This document shows positions 55,696 through 64,000 of a stretch of DNA of 64,000 nucleotides, piece after piece (the first letter of the stretch is position 1; each line of letters opens with the position of its first letter). A program made the translations under genes and the position numbers. The stretch is from an uncultured Holophagales bacterium (GTDB taxonomy: Bacteria; Acidobacteriota; Thermoanaerobaculia; Multivoradales; UBA5704). The stretch lies in assembly GCA_963842525.1 (NCBI GenBank), contig CAWJGT010000034.1, positions 448,001 to 512,000 on the forward strand, read 5' to 3'. Below the pieces are notes generated by a model, which did not search any database, was not told the DNA's origin, and saw nothing but the letters and a program-made list of their open reading frames with translations.

Positions 55696-57510
55696 CTATT
55701 GCCACGTCTTCACCTGCGACAATCGCTTCTCGATCACCTCGACGAGGTTTCCGTCGGGATCGAGGCAATGGAACGAGAGTTCACCCCACGGAAGCGCCAC
55801 GATGGGATGAACAGGTCCACCGAGCGAAGACACGCGCGCATGCGCCGCGTGGATATCGCTGACATGCAATTCAACACGGTTCCTGCGATTCGCGAGCTCG
55901 GGCACCACGAGCCTTCCCGAAAGCTCTATAGCCGTCTGCGCATCTACCAGGGAGAGCGCGCCGAACTGCACGAAGCGGCTGCTCTTCCTCGTATGCGTGA
56001 GCCCAAGCCGTTCATAGAACGACGCCGACGTCGCGAGGTGCGAGACCGTAAGCTTCACACCTCCGGCGCGCACGTCGAGCTTCTCCTCGGCCCGAGGCGT
56101 CGACTGCTTGGGAGGAGGCTCCGAAGGTCGTCGCTGGGCGGCCTCCTGTGCCATCTCTTCCTTCGACATCCTTCCGATCTTCGTGACGTACAGGGTCTGC
56201 CCGTCTGACGTCGCTAGCTGCCATCCCGCTGCCGTGATGGACGGCGTCGCAGGCGTGAGCTTATAGGGCTCTACGACACGGGCGCGGCGTGTCCCTCCGA
56301 ACTCAAGTTCTCCCTCATACCCTCCGACAAGTCTCTCTATGATGTTTTCGAGGGCTTTAGGGGTGACAGCCGGATGCTCCGGCGTCGCGGCTTCTGCGGG
56401 CTGGCGGGCGGCGAGTTGGTTCGCCATCTTCCGCAAGTACTCGCTGTCCTGTACACCGGCCCATTCTGGAGCCAGCAAGTCAGCCCCTCCTAGCGCTCCA
56501 ACGAGGCCGCCCGTCATGGCAGCGATCGTGTCCGTGTCTGAACCCAGGGCGAACGCTGCGCGCAACACGCCTTGAGTGGGCTGCGTCGCGTATCGCGCGG
56601 CGAGATAGATCGCGGCGGCGGCGCTGATGGTGCCGGAGCCCTTGTCGCGACTGAACGTGCCCATCCGCTCCAGAACAGCATCGTCATTGGCGAGGACTCC
56701 CTCCTCCAGGCCTTTCAGGCCGAAATGGAGCAGTTGCCGCATTTCTTCGACGACCGCAGCCCAGCGCTCCTCGTAGTCTTGGAGGGCGTTGTCCCCGGCT
56801 TCGAGCCACCCGTTCTTGGTCGAGGACGCGACAGGCGGCAGACCCCAGGTGGACGAAGTTTCCAGGAGGACAGTCAGGAGCTCGCCAAACCCTACCGTGT
56901 GCTGCGCGCGCAGGAGCCACCAAGCTGCGTACGCGTAGGCAGCGGCGCCAACGAGCGCACGAGGATGACCGTGCGTGGCCGCGCCGTCCACGACGACATC
57001 CTTCTGCATCGCGGCGGGTTCGTCGGCTTCAGCGTGGAGGACAGCATGCGGAAGTACGCGCATTGCCACGCCGTTCCCGCCCGCCTCGAAGTACCGCCTC
57101 ACGGCCTCTGCATCCGACTGCTTCCACGGGGCCAGGCCGCGCAGCCAGCTTGCCGCTGCGCGCTTCGTTGCACCTCCACCACCCCGCTCGTAGAGCGTCC
57201 ACAGCGGCAACTCGTTCCTCGTGAAATGCTGCCACCATGAAGAGCCAGCGGTGAGGCGCGAGCGGGCAATCGCCAACGTGAGCTGCGTGTCGTCGCTGTA
57301 CTCGCCCGCTCGGATGATCTCGGTGTGCGGGTAGAACCGCCCGCCTCCACGCCGCTCCCAGTCACGAAACGAAGCGGTGGGTTGTACGCGGTGCCTCCGG
57401 TTGACGAACTCTTGCGGCCAGCCGAGTGCATCACCTGCGGCGAGGGCGGTGAACGCCCCTTCGACACGGGCTCTGGCGACCGGCGGTCGCTGTTCCTTGC
57501 CGCTGGTCAT
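55696..57510 (-). CDS. ADP-ribosylglycohydrolase (ARH/DraG family) fused to a C-terminal VOC/glyoxalase-like domain
   Basis: AAGDALGWP, GEYSDDTQL, GNGVAMR, THGHPRA, GSDTDTIAAMTGGLVGA; VOC: LTVSHLATSASFYERLG..LHVSDI..PWGELSFHCLDPDGNLVEV. Confidence 0.92.
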   Translation of the reverse strand: MTSGKEQRPPVARARVEGAFTALAAGDALGWPQEFVNRRHRVQPTASFRDWERRGGGRFYPHTEIIRAGEYSDDTQLTLAIARSRLTAGSSWWQHFTRNELPLWTLYERGGGGATKRAAASWLRGLAPWKQSDAEAVRRYFEAGGNGVAMRVLPHAVLHAEADEPAAMQKDVVVDGAATHGHPRALVGAAAYAYAAWWLLRAQHTVGFGELLTVLLETSSTWGLPPVASSTKNGWLEAGDNALQDYEERWAAVVEEMRQLLHFGLKGLEEGVLANDDAVLERMGTFSRDKGSGTISAAAAIYLAARYATQPTQGVLRAAFALGSDTDTIAAMTGGLVGALGGADLLAPEWAGVQDSEYLRKMANQLAARQPAEAATPEHPAVTPKALENIIERLVGGYEGELEFGGTRRARVVEPYKLTPATPSITAAGWQLATSDGQTLYVTKIGRMSKEEMAQEAAQRRPSEPPPKQSTPRAEEKLDVRAGGVKLTVSHLATSASFYERLGLTHTRKSSRFVQFGALSLVDAQTAIELSGRLVVPELANRRNRVELHVSDIHAAHARVSSLGGPVHPIVALPWGELSFHCLDPDGNLVEVIEKRLSQVKTWQ

Positions 57511-58208
57511 AGCGGACCTCCAGGGTGAAACAGCGTCTCATGTGGAACCATGCCGCGACGGAGCTGGGTGCTGAGCTGATCGGGCCTGAAGAAATCGGGG
57601 GCGACGAAGATCGGCGGGATGACCGCTCTCATCAACTTCAACCGCGAGATCTCGCGTTTTGCCTGGGACTCGTCAGCAACGGCTACCCCCAGGATGTCCT
57701 CGCGAGAAACGCGGTCGGGGATAAGGATTTCAGCCTGCTCGTCCGTGGGGAGCCACGAGGGGTGGTTCGGGGTGCGGTTGAAGACCCGGCCGTACGCGCC
57801 CGGCACCTCGGACCTGAACATAGAATCGAATGCGTCCCCGCCCTCTGCGACCCCGGCTCCTCTGTTTGCCGCAGCGTTGCGCTCGGAGAACTTCGTTCCC
57901 GGCGCCCACAGGTGGTCGGGTTTGATGAACAGCACGACCCAGTCGGCAAACAGGTTCTCGTTGTTCCGCGCGGTCCTGAAGTACCAAGCATTCGGGTACT
58001 GAATCGAGCAGCAGACGTGGTCAGGGAACCCGTCGTACCGCACGATGTCGGTGGCATTGAACACGGCCTTCTCATCCGTCCGCAGGCGCGCGGTGGACAG
58101 AATGCCGTTGGGGTCGGAAACGATGTGCAGCAGGTTTCGAGACGGCGTGAAGTGGCAGAGCCGGGTGATTTGCCGCGTCGTGACCTTTTCGCGAATCAGC
58201 CCCGTCAT
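57507..58208 (-). CDS. darT: DarT-family (DUF4433) ssDNA ADP-ribosyltransferase, DarT1-like
   Basis: LCHFTPSRNL..GILS, RYDG..HVCCSIQYPN, WVVLFI, NAA, PTDEQAEILI (catalytic Glu). Confidence 0.88.
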   Translation of the reverse strand: MTGLIREKVTTRQITRLCHFTPSRNLLHIVSDPNGILSTARLRTDEKAVFNATDIVRYDGFPDHVCCSIQYPNAWYFRTARNNENLFADWVVLFIKPDHLWAPGTKFSERNAAANRGAGVAEGGDAFDSMFRSEVPGAYGRVFNRTPNHPSWLPTDEQAEILIPDRVSREDILGVAVADESQAKREISRLKLMRAVIPPIFVAPDFFRPDQLSTQLRRGMVPHETLFHPGGPL

Positions 58209-59590
58209 CGCGAGCTCCTTTGCAGGAGACCAGCATCGGCGGGCACGAGTGCGGAGGGAGCGCCGGTGTGCGTGAGAACGAGGTCCGACTTCGCGCGTGT
58301 CACGGCGACGTAGAGGAGCTTCGCGTTGCTTGCCGCTGCATCATTGGCACCGAACGCCTCGACATCAGGCGGGTGCGGCAGACGCGCGGACGAAGCGAAG
58401 GGAACGATGACCGCGTTGAACTCTAGCCCCTTCGCCGCGTGATACGTGCCATAGAACACCCGGGGACCATTCGGCCAGCGTCCTAGCTCACGGTGAAGGC
58501 GCGTTGCGGAAATGCGTAACCGCTTCTCAAGCTCTCGATCACGAAAGAGCACCGCGACCGTTCCCTTCTTCGCGTACTGCTGCGCCAGCTCCTCGACGAA
58601 GCGCATCTCCGCGTCTTCGGAGCTGAACCCTACGAGCGCAGGGAGCGGGCCATCAGCCCGTACGGAGTTCGGTTCGATGAGATCTGCAACTCCTCGATAG
58701 AAGGGCGAGCGAGCGAGCGCGAGGGCGAGCTGCGCGATCTGCTTCGAGTTGCGGTAGTTCTCCTCGAACCTCCACACGTTCGCGACGTTGAGCCCCGCGC
58801 TACGCCACGAGATCTTATGACCATAGATCTGCTGTGCCATGTCGCCGAAGAACGTCAGGCTACCGTCTGGGGGAATTGCAGCAGCGAGCGACTGTAGCAT
58901 CACCGGCGAGAAGTCCTGTCCCTCATCGATAATTACGTGCTTGTAGAACCGCTGACTGCTGTCACTCGCGAACTCAGATACGACGGTCTGCGCGAGGTCG
59001 TCCCAGTCATAGGGCTTGCCGGCAGCGATGCGAAGCTCTCGGTGGTGCTGATACGTGGTGAAGAGCACGGGACGACTCGCCCTCGGCACGCGAGAGCCTT
59101 CCCGCCCATCGTTCTCGGCCTCCAAATAGTCGTCGACGCTCGTGATCCAGTTCTGCGAGAGCCAGCGAAACTCCTCCGCGATGAAGCCGATGGGACGGTC
59201 TAGGACCGCGTCCGTCGCTCCGGTCGCCTTCACGGCATCGACGGCGGTTTGTGCGTACGCCTCAGCGGTATCGCCATCGGCGATCGCTTTCCACGACATT
59301 TTCCCGCGCCGGTCCAAGTAGCCACGGGCGAAGTGGTGGTAGTTGCGCACGTCGACTTGGCCGAGCCCGGCGCCAAGGGATTGCAGGTACGCCACGAGGC
59401 ACTTGTTGAAGGTAACCAGCAGCGTTCGCCCGCCGTGATCGGTATCGGAATCCGCGAGGAACGCTGCTCGATGGATCGCGAGCGTGGTCTTGCCGCTCCC
59501 GGCAGTTCCGAGTACGACGATGTGCCCCGATGGGGGCAGTGCCAACACCTCTCTCTGTCGGCCAATAGGCGTCGGCAGCTTCGAAGTCAT
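58205..59590 (-). CDS. Compact UvrD/Rep-like superfamily 1 helicase
   Basis: Q motif RQRE, GTAGSGKT, VTFNK, IIDEGQD, FGDMAQQIY, ENYRNS, TYHAAKGLEF, LLYVAVTRAK. Confidence 0.92.
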   Translation of the reverse strand: MTSKLPTPIGRQREVLALPPSGHIVVLGTAGSGKTTLAIHRAAFLADSDTDHGGRTLLVTFNKCLVAYLQSLGAGLGQVDVRNYHHFARGYLDRRGKMSWKAIADGDTAEAYAQTAVDAVKATGATDAVLDRPIGFIAEEFRWLSQNWITSVDDYLEAENDGREGSRVPRASRPVLFTTYQHHRELRIAAGKPYDWDDLAQTVVSEFASDSSQRFYKHVIIDEGQDFSPVMLQSLAAAIPPDGSLTFFGDMAQQIYGHKISWRSAGLNVANVWRFEENYRNSKQIAQLALALARSPFYRGVADLIEPNSVRADGPLPALVGFSSEDAEMRFVEELAQQYAKKGTVAVLFRDRELEKRLRISATRLHRELGRWPNGPRVFYGTYHAAKGLEFNAVIVPFASSARLPHPPDVEAFGANDAAASNAKLLYVAVTRAKSDLVLTHTGAPSALVPADAGLLQRSSR

Positions 59591-59729
59591 TTCAGCCTCC
59601 CAAGACCTTCATCGCGGCGGCATTCCGGTGCCCGCCACGCTGCCCATTGAGCATAGCTCCGGCAAGTTGGTTGAGTCGACCAGGTACTACCGCCTGAATG
59701 CATACCTTCCGGGGACAGCGGTCTAAGCC

Positions 59730-59755
59730 CGGTTCAAATCCGATCGTCGGCTCCA
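59730..59755 (+). mobile_element. tRNA 3'-end fragment (probably tRNA-Thr), att-like site
   Basis: cggttcaaatccgatcgtcggctcca = T-loop + acceptor 3' strand + T-CCA; the 5' part of the tRNA is absent. Confidence 0.75.
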
Positions 59756-59780
59756 GCTCAAGTCCTTTCCTTCCAACAAC

Positions 59781-60569
59781 TTACTTTGCACCGGTCCCCC
59801 CGCTCGGCGCATCGCAGCAAGCCTCGCAAGCGAGAAAGAAGAGCGACTTCCGGATCGATCTCTGCGCGCTCCACTCTCGATGGTCCCAGCTCTCGCCTCC
59901 GACGTTGTCTCCCGCATAGAGGAGCTGGGCCACGAGGACGTTGCGGAAGTCGCCGACGGCGAAGAGCGCGGCGGCCTCCATCTCCACGACGATCGCCCCC
60001 TCGGCCCGCCTCGCCTGGATCTTGGAACGCGTCTCGCGGAAGATGGCGTCGGTCGTCCAGGTCTTGCCGAACAGGTACGGATGGCCCTGGCTCTCGAGCA
60101 CCTCACGGAGGATCTCGAGACCGAGGGGATTCGCCGCCACCTCGCGTCCAGGCGGGAGGTAGTGATACGAGGTGCCCTCGTCACGAATCGCGGCAGTTGG
60201 AACGATGATCTGCCCCAATGGGATCGCCGGATCGAGCACCCCTGCGCCGCCGCAAGCGATGACCACTCTGGCGCCATGAGCGATCGCCCCCTCGAGCAGA
60301 CCCGCAGCCAAGGGCGCCCCGGAGCCCGCATGAAAGATAGCGATGCGGCGCTTGCGATAGGTGATCTCATAGATGGGGTGCTGCCCCATCTCGCTCCGCT
60401 GCGCGGTCAGCGGAACCAGGTTGTCGCGCAGGACGATGTCGTCTATGACGTCCTTGAAGAAACACGCCACCGCCAATTCCGGGATCGAGACCGATGTGAT
60501 CGTGCCGTGGGGCTCGATCAGCGCCGACCTCTCCGGATCGAATTCAAGGAGGGGGAAGTCGTGGGTCAT
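59781..60569 (-). CDS. Nucleoside phosphorylase (PNP/UDP family)
   Basis: GSGAPLAA, ACGGAG, AIRDEGTSYHY, TWTTDAIFRET, VVEMEAAALF. Confidence 0.9.
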   Translation of the reverse strand: MTHDFPLLEFDPERSALIEPHGTITSVSIPELAVACFFKDVIDDIVLRDNLVPLTAQRSEMGQHPIYEITYRKRRIAIFHAGSGAPLAAGLLEGAIAHGARVVIACGGAGVLDPAIPLGQIIVPTAAIRDEGTSYHYLPPGREVAANPLGLEILREVLESQGHPYLFGKTWTTDAIFRETRSKIQARRAEGAIVVEMEAAALFAVGDFRNVLVAQLLYAGDNVGGESWDHREWSAQRSIRKSLFFLACEACCDAPSGGTGAK

Positions 60570-60570
60570 G

Positions 60571-63500
60571 TTACTCCGCCAGAAGCTCGGCCTCTTCGTC
60601 GGTGAGGCTGTCGATCTGCTCGATCAAGAGCTCCTGGATCGCCGCGCCGAGCCGGCGGACGGTGGGGGATTCGAAGAGGAGGCGCAGGGGGATCTCGAGG
60701 CCCAGGGCGTCGTAGACGCGGGAGGTGAACTCAATGGCGAGGATCGAGTGCGCCCCCACGTCGAAGAGGTTGTCGTCGCGGCCGATCGGCCCGCGCCTCA
60801 GGAGGTCCTGCCAGATGCCGGCGACGAGCTCCTCGAGCTCGGTCTCCAGATCGCCGCCGGGCTCGGCCGCGGGCGCCAGCTCGTCGGCCGGGAGGCGGGC
60901 GCGCAGGGCGCCGCGGTCCACCTTGCCGCTCGGGGTGAGCGGCAGGGCGTCGACGAGCGCAAAGTCGGCGGGCACCATATGCTCCGGCAGGACGCGGCGG
61001 AGGGCGTCGCGGAGCTCCCCCGCCTCCGGCCTGGGCCCCGGTCCCGCCGGCACCACCCAGGCGGCGAGCCGCACCTCCCCCGGCCCCTCCTCCCGCGCCA
61101 CCACCGCCGCCTCGCGGACCGCCGGATGGCCGGCCAGCGCCGCCTCGATCTCCCCCGGCTCGATGCGGAAGCCGCGCAGCTTCACCTGGTCGTCGGTGCG
61201 GCCGAGGAACTCGATCTCGCCGTCGGCCGAGAAGCGCGCCAGGTCGCCCGTCCGATAGAGCCGCTCGCCGGGCCGGCCCAGCGGATGGGGGACGAAGCGC
61301 TCCGCCGTCAGGCCGGGCCGGCGGAGGTAGCCGCGCGCGAGGCCCGTCCCGCCGATGTAGAGCTCGCCGGGCACTCCCAGGGGCACCGGCTGGAGCTCCG
61401 GATCGAGCAGCCAGAGCCCCAAGTTCGCGATCGGGCGCCCGATGGGGACCGTGCGCCGTGCCGGGTCCGGCAGCGTCCGGTGCGCCGTCACGTCGACCGC
61501 CGCCTCGGTGGGACCGTAGAGGTTGTGCAGCTCGGTGATCCCCGCCGGCCCCGCCGGCCCGGCAGGCCCGAGCGCGCCTCCGAGCAACTCGTGGAAACGC
61601 GCCGCAAGCTCGGCCGGCAGCGCCTCGCCGCTCGCCATCACCCGCCGGAGCGAGCGGCAGCGGCCGAGGCCGGGCTGCGCGAGGAAGGCCTGCAGCATCG
61701 GCGGCACGAAGTGGAGCGTCGTCACCCCCTGCTCCTCGATCCGCCGCATCAGGTAGGCCGGATCGCGCTGGCCGCCCGGCCGCGCCAGCACCAGCCGCGC
61801 GCCGACGGCGAGCGGCCAGAACAGCTCCCAGACCGACACGTCGAAGGAGACCGGGGTCTTCTGCAGCACGCGGTCGGCGGGCGTGAGGCCGTAGGCCCGC
61901 TGCATCCAGGCGATCCGGTTGACGATGCCGCGGTGGGTGCTCATGACGCCCTTCGGCCGCCCCGTCGAGCCCGAGGTGTAGATGACGTAGGCGAGGTTGT
62001 CCGCCCCGGCGCCGCCGTCGAGGGGGGCCAGCAGGGGGTTGTCGGCGTCGCCCGCCGGGCCGGCGGCAGCATCGAGGTCGATCAGGCGGGCGCCGGCCCC
62101 CGCCACGGACGCGGAGAGGAGCTCGACCTGCGCCAGGAGCACCGGTTTCGCGAGGCCGTCGAGCCCGTCCTCGATCATGAAGGCCAGCCGCTCCGACGGA
62201 TAGGACGGGTCGAGCGGCAGGTAGGCGCCGCCGGCCTTCAGGATGGCGAGGAGACCCACGACGAGCGCCGGCGAGCGGTCGGCGCAGATCGCGACCGGCT
62301 CGTCGACCCGCACCCCCAGCCGGCGCAGGCGGCGGGCCAGGCGGTTGGCGCGGGCGTCGAGCTCGCGGTAGGTGAGCGATTCGCTCTCGCCGACGACCGC
62401 CGTGGCGCCCGGCGTCAGCGCCGCCTGCCGCTCGATCCAGCGGTGCAGCAGGGGTTCGGCGTCGCCGACCCGCCGACCCGCCGAACACCGCCGAGAAGTC
62501 GGCCGCCGTGTCGTTCAGCTCGACGGCCACCTGCTGCCGCTCGGCCGGCGACAGCAGCTCGATCGCCGCCACGCGGCGCGACGGGTCGTCGCCGCCGCCG
62601 CCAGCAGGTGGAGGAAGTGCCCGGCGAGGCGCTCCATCGTGGTGCGGTCGAAGAGGTCGGTGCTGTACTCGAGCCCCCCGCCGAGCTCTCCCCCTGCTCG
62701 GAGAGGGCGAGGCTCAGGTCGAAGCGGGAGACCCGGGCGGAGAGGTCGAGCGGCTCGACCGCGAGACCGCGCAGGGCGAACGGGACCCGCGGCGTGCTGT
62801 TGAGCGCGAGCATCGTCTGCACCAGCGGCGGGCGGCTGCGGTCGCGCGCGGCGTTGACCTCGTCCACGATGCGCTCGAAGGGGACGTCGGCGTGATCGTA
62901 CGCCGCCAGGGCCGTGTGCCGCACCCGCGCCAGGAGCTCGGCGAAGCTCGGATCGCCGCCGCCGTCGGTGCGCAGGGCGAGCATGTTGAGGAAGACGCCG
63001 ATGAGCGGCTCCAGCTCCGGCCGGGTGCGGTTCGCGACCGGCGTGCCGACGGCGAAGTCGGTCTGCCCGGAATGGCGCTGGAGGAGGGCGTGCCAGACGG
63101 CGAGGACGGTCATGAAGACGGTCGCCTGGCCGCGCCGCGCCAGGCGGCGGAGGTCATCGGCGAGCGCCGGCGGCAGGTCGAGCCGCAGGGAGTTGCCGCT
63201 GCCGCTCGCGACCGGCGGCCGCGGGCGGTCGGCCGGGAGGTCGAGGGCCGGCGTGCCGGCGAGCCGCTCCTTCCAGTGGGCGAGCTGCGCCGCGAGCGCC
63301 TCCTCCGGCCAGGCGCGCTGCCAGGCCGCGAAGTCGGCGTACTGGAGGGGCAGCGGGGCGAGCGGCGACGGCTCCCCCGCCAGCGCGGCGGCGTAGAGGG
63401 CCGACAGCTCGCGCCGCAGCACCCCCTCCGACCAGCCGTCCGACGCGATGTGGTGGAGGGTGAAGAGGAAGGCGTGCTCGTCCTCCTCCAGCCGGAGCAG

Positions 63501-64000
63501 CGTGGCGCGGAGCATCGGGTCGCGCCGGAGGTCGAAGCCGCGGCCGGCCTCGCGGCCGGCGAGCGCGGCGAGCTCCGCCGCCCGGCGCTCCGGCGGCAGA
63601 CCGGAGAGGTCGGCGAGCGGCAGCGGTGCCGGTGGGGTTGGCGGGGGCGGACCGACCTCCTGTCCCGGCTCGCCGTTCGCGACGGCGACGATCCGCGTGC
63701 GCAGCGCCTCGTGGCGGCGCACCACCTCGGCCAGGGCGGCGGCGAGCGCCGCCGGCGCAAACGGCCCGCGCAGGAGGTAGCCCGAGGAGATGTTGTAGGT
63801 CGGGCTCTCCGGCGCCAGCCGGTCCATGAAATAGAGCCGCCGCTGCGGGTAGGACAGCGGCAGGACGCCGTGCCGGCTCGGGAGCGGCACGATGGGTGGC
63901 AGCGCCTCTTCCTGCCGGCCGGCCGCCGCCATCGCCGCCATCGCCGCGATGGCCGCGGCGAGGCCGGCCACCGTCGGCGCCGCGAACACCCGCTGGACCG
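60571..64000 (-). CDS. NRPS 3' end: (T)-C-A-T terminal module without thioesterase; several frameshifts at about 62460-62700; continues beyond the window
   Basis: C: LSYPQRRLYF, HHIASDGWS, QYADFAAWQ; A: YTSGSTGRPKG, FDVSVWE, NLYGPTE, YRTGDL, SGKVDR; T: LFDVGAHSI. Confidence 0.93.

Noticed and set aside
59730-59755. Intact tRNA gene
   Set aside because: Only the T-loop and 3' acceptor strand are present; there is no D arm, anticodon arm or 5' acceptor strand.

Overview
GC-rich bacterial window, probably Acidobacteriota (Thermoanaerobaculia-like; inferred from an Oar-type TonB receptor, an ADOP permease, NRPS and the REP families). Housekeeping genes are asnS, rnc, mutL, ppdK, hemD, hemB, hemL and a ferredoxin. 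Accessory material includes two intact PIN toxin-antitoxin pairs and one collapsed pair, a TPR/beta-barrel + FecR + two FG-GAP surface-protein operon, and two NLR-like STAND proteins (DUF4062-NACHT-TM and TIR-ATPase-TPR). There is also a 7 x 63-bp palindromic tandem array, a two-component pair, and secreted hydrolases that share a C-terminal module. A storage-granule-like locus (PhaR-N, two phasins, patatin, an ArsA/Get3 pair) lies near an HMG-CoA reductase homologue and an ABC1 kinase, and the window ends in the 3' part of an NRPS. The best candidate for an undescribed system is a translationally coupled operon at 55696-59590 (-): a compact SF1 helicase, a DarT1-like ssDNA ADP-ribosyltransferase, and an ARH/DraG-family ADP-ribosylglycohydrolase fused to a VOC domain. 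It has no NADAR or macrodomain DarG and sits beside a tRNA-Thr 3'-end (att-like) fragment. About a dozen apparent frameshifts, including one in hemL, are probably long-read indel errors. All family assignments come from motif recognition by eye; no searches were run.
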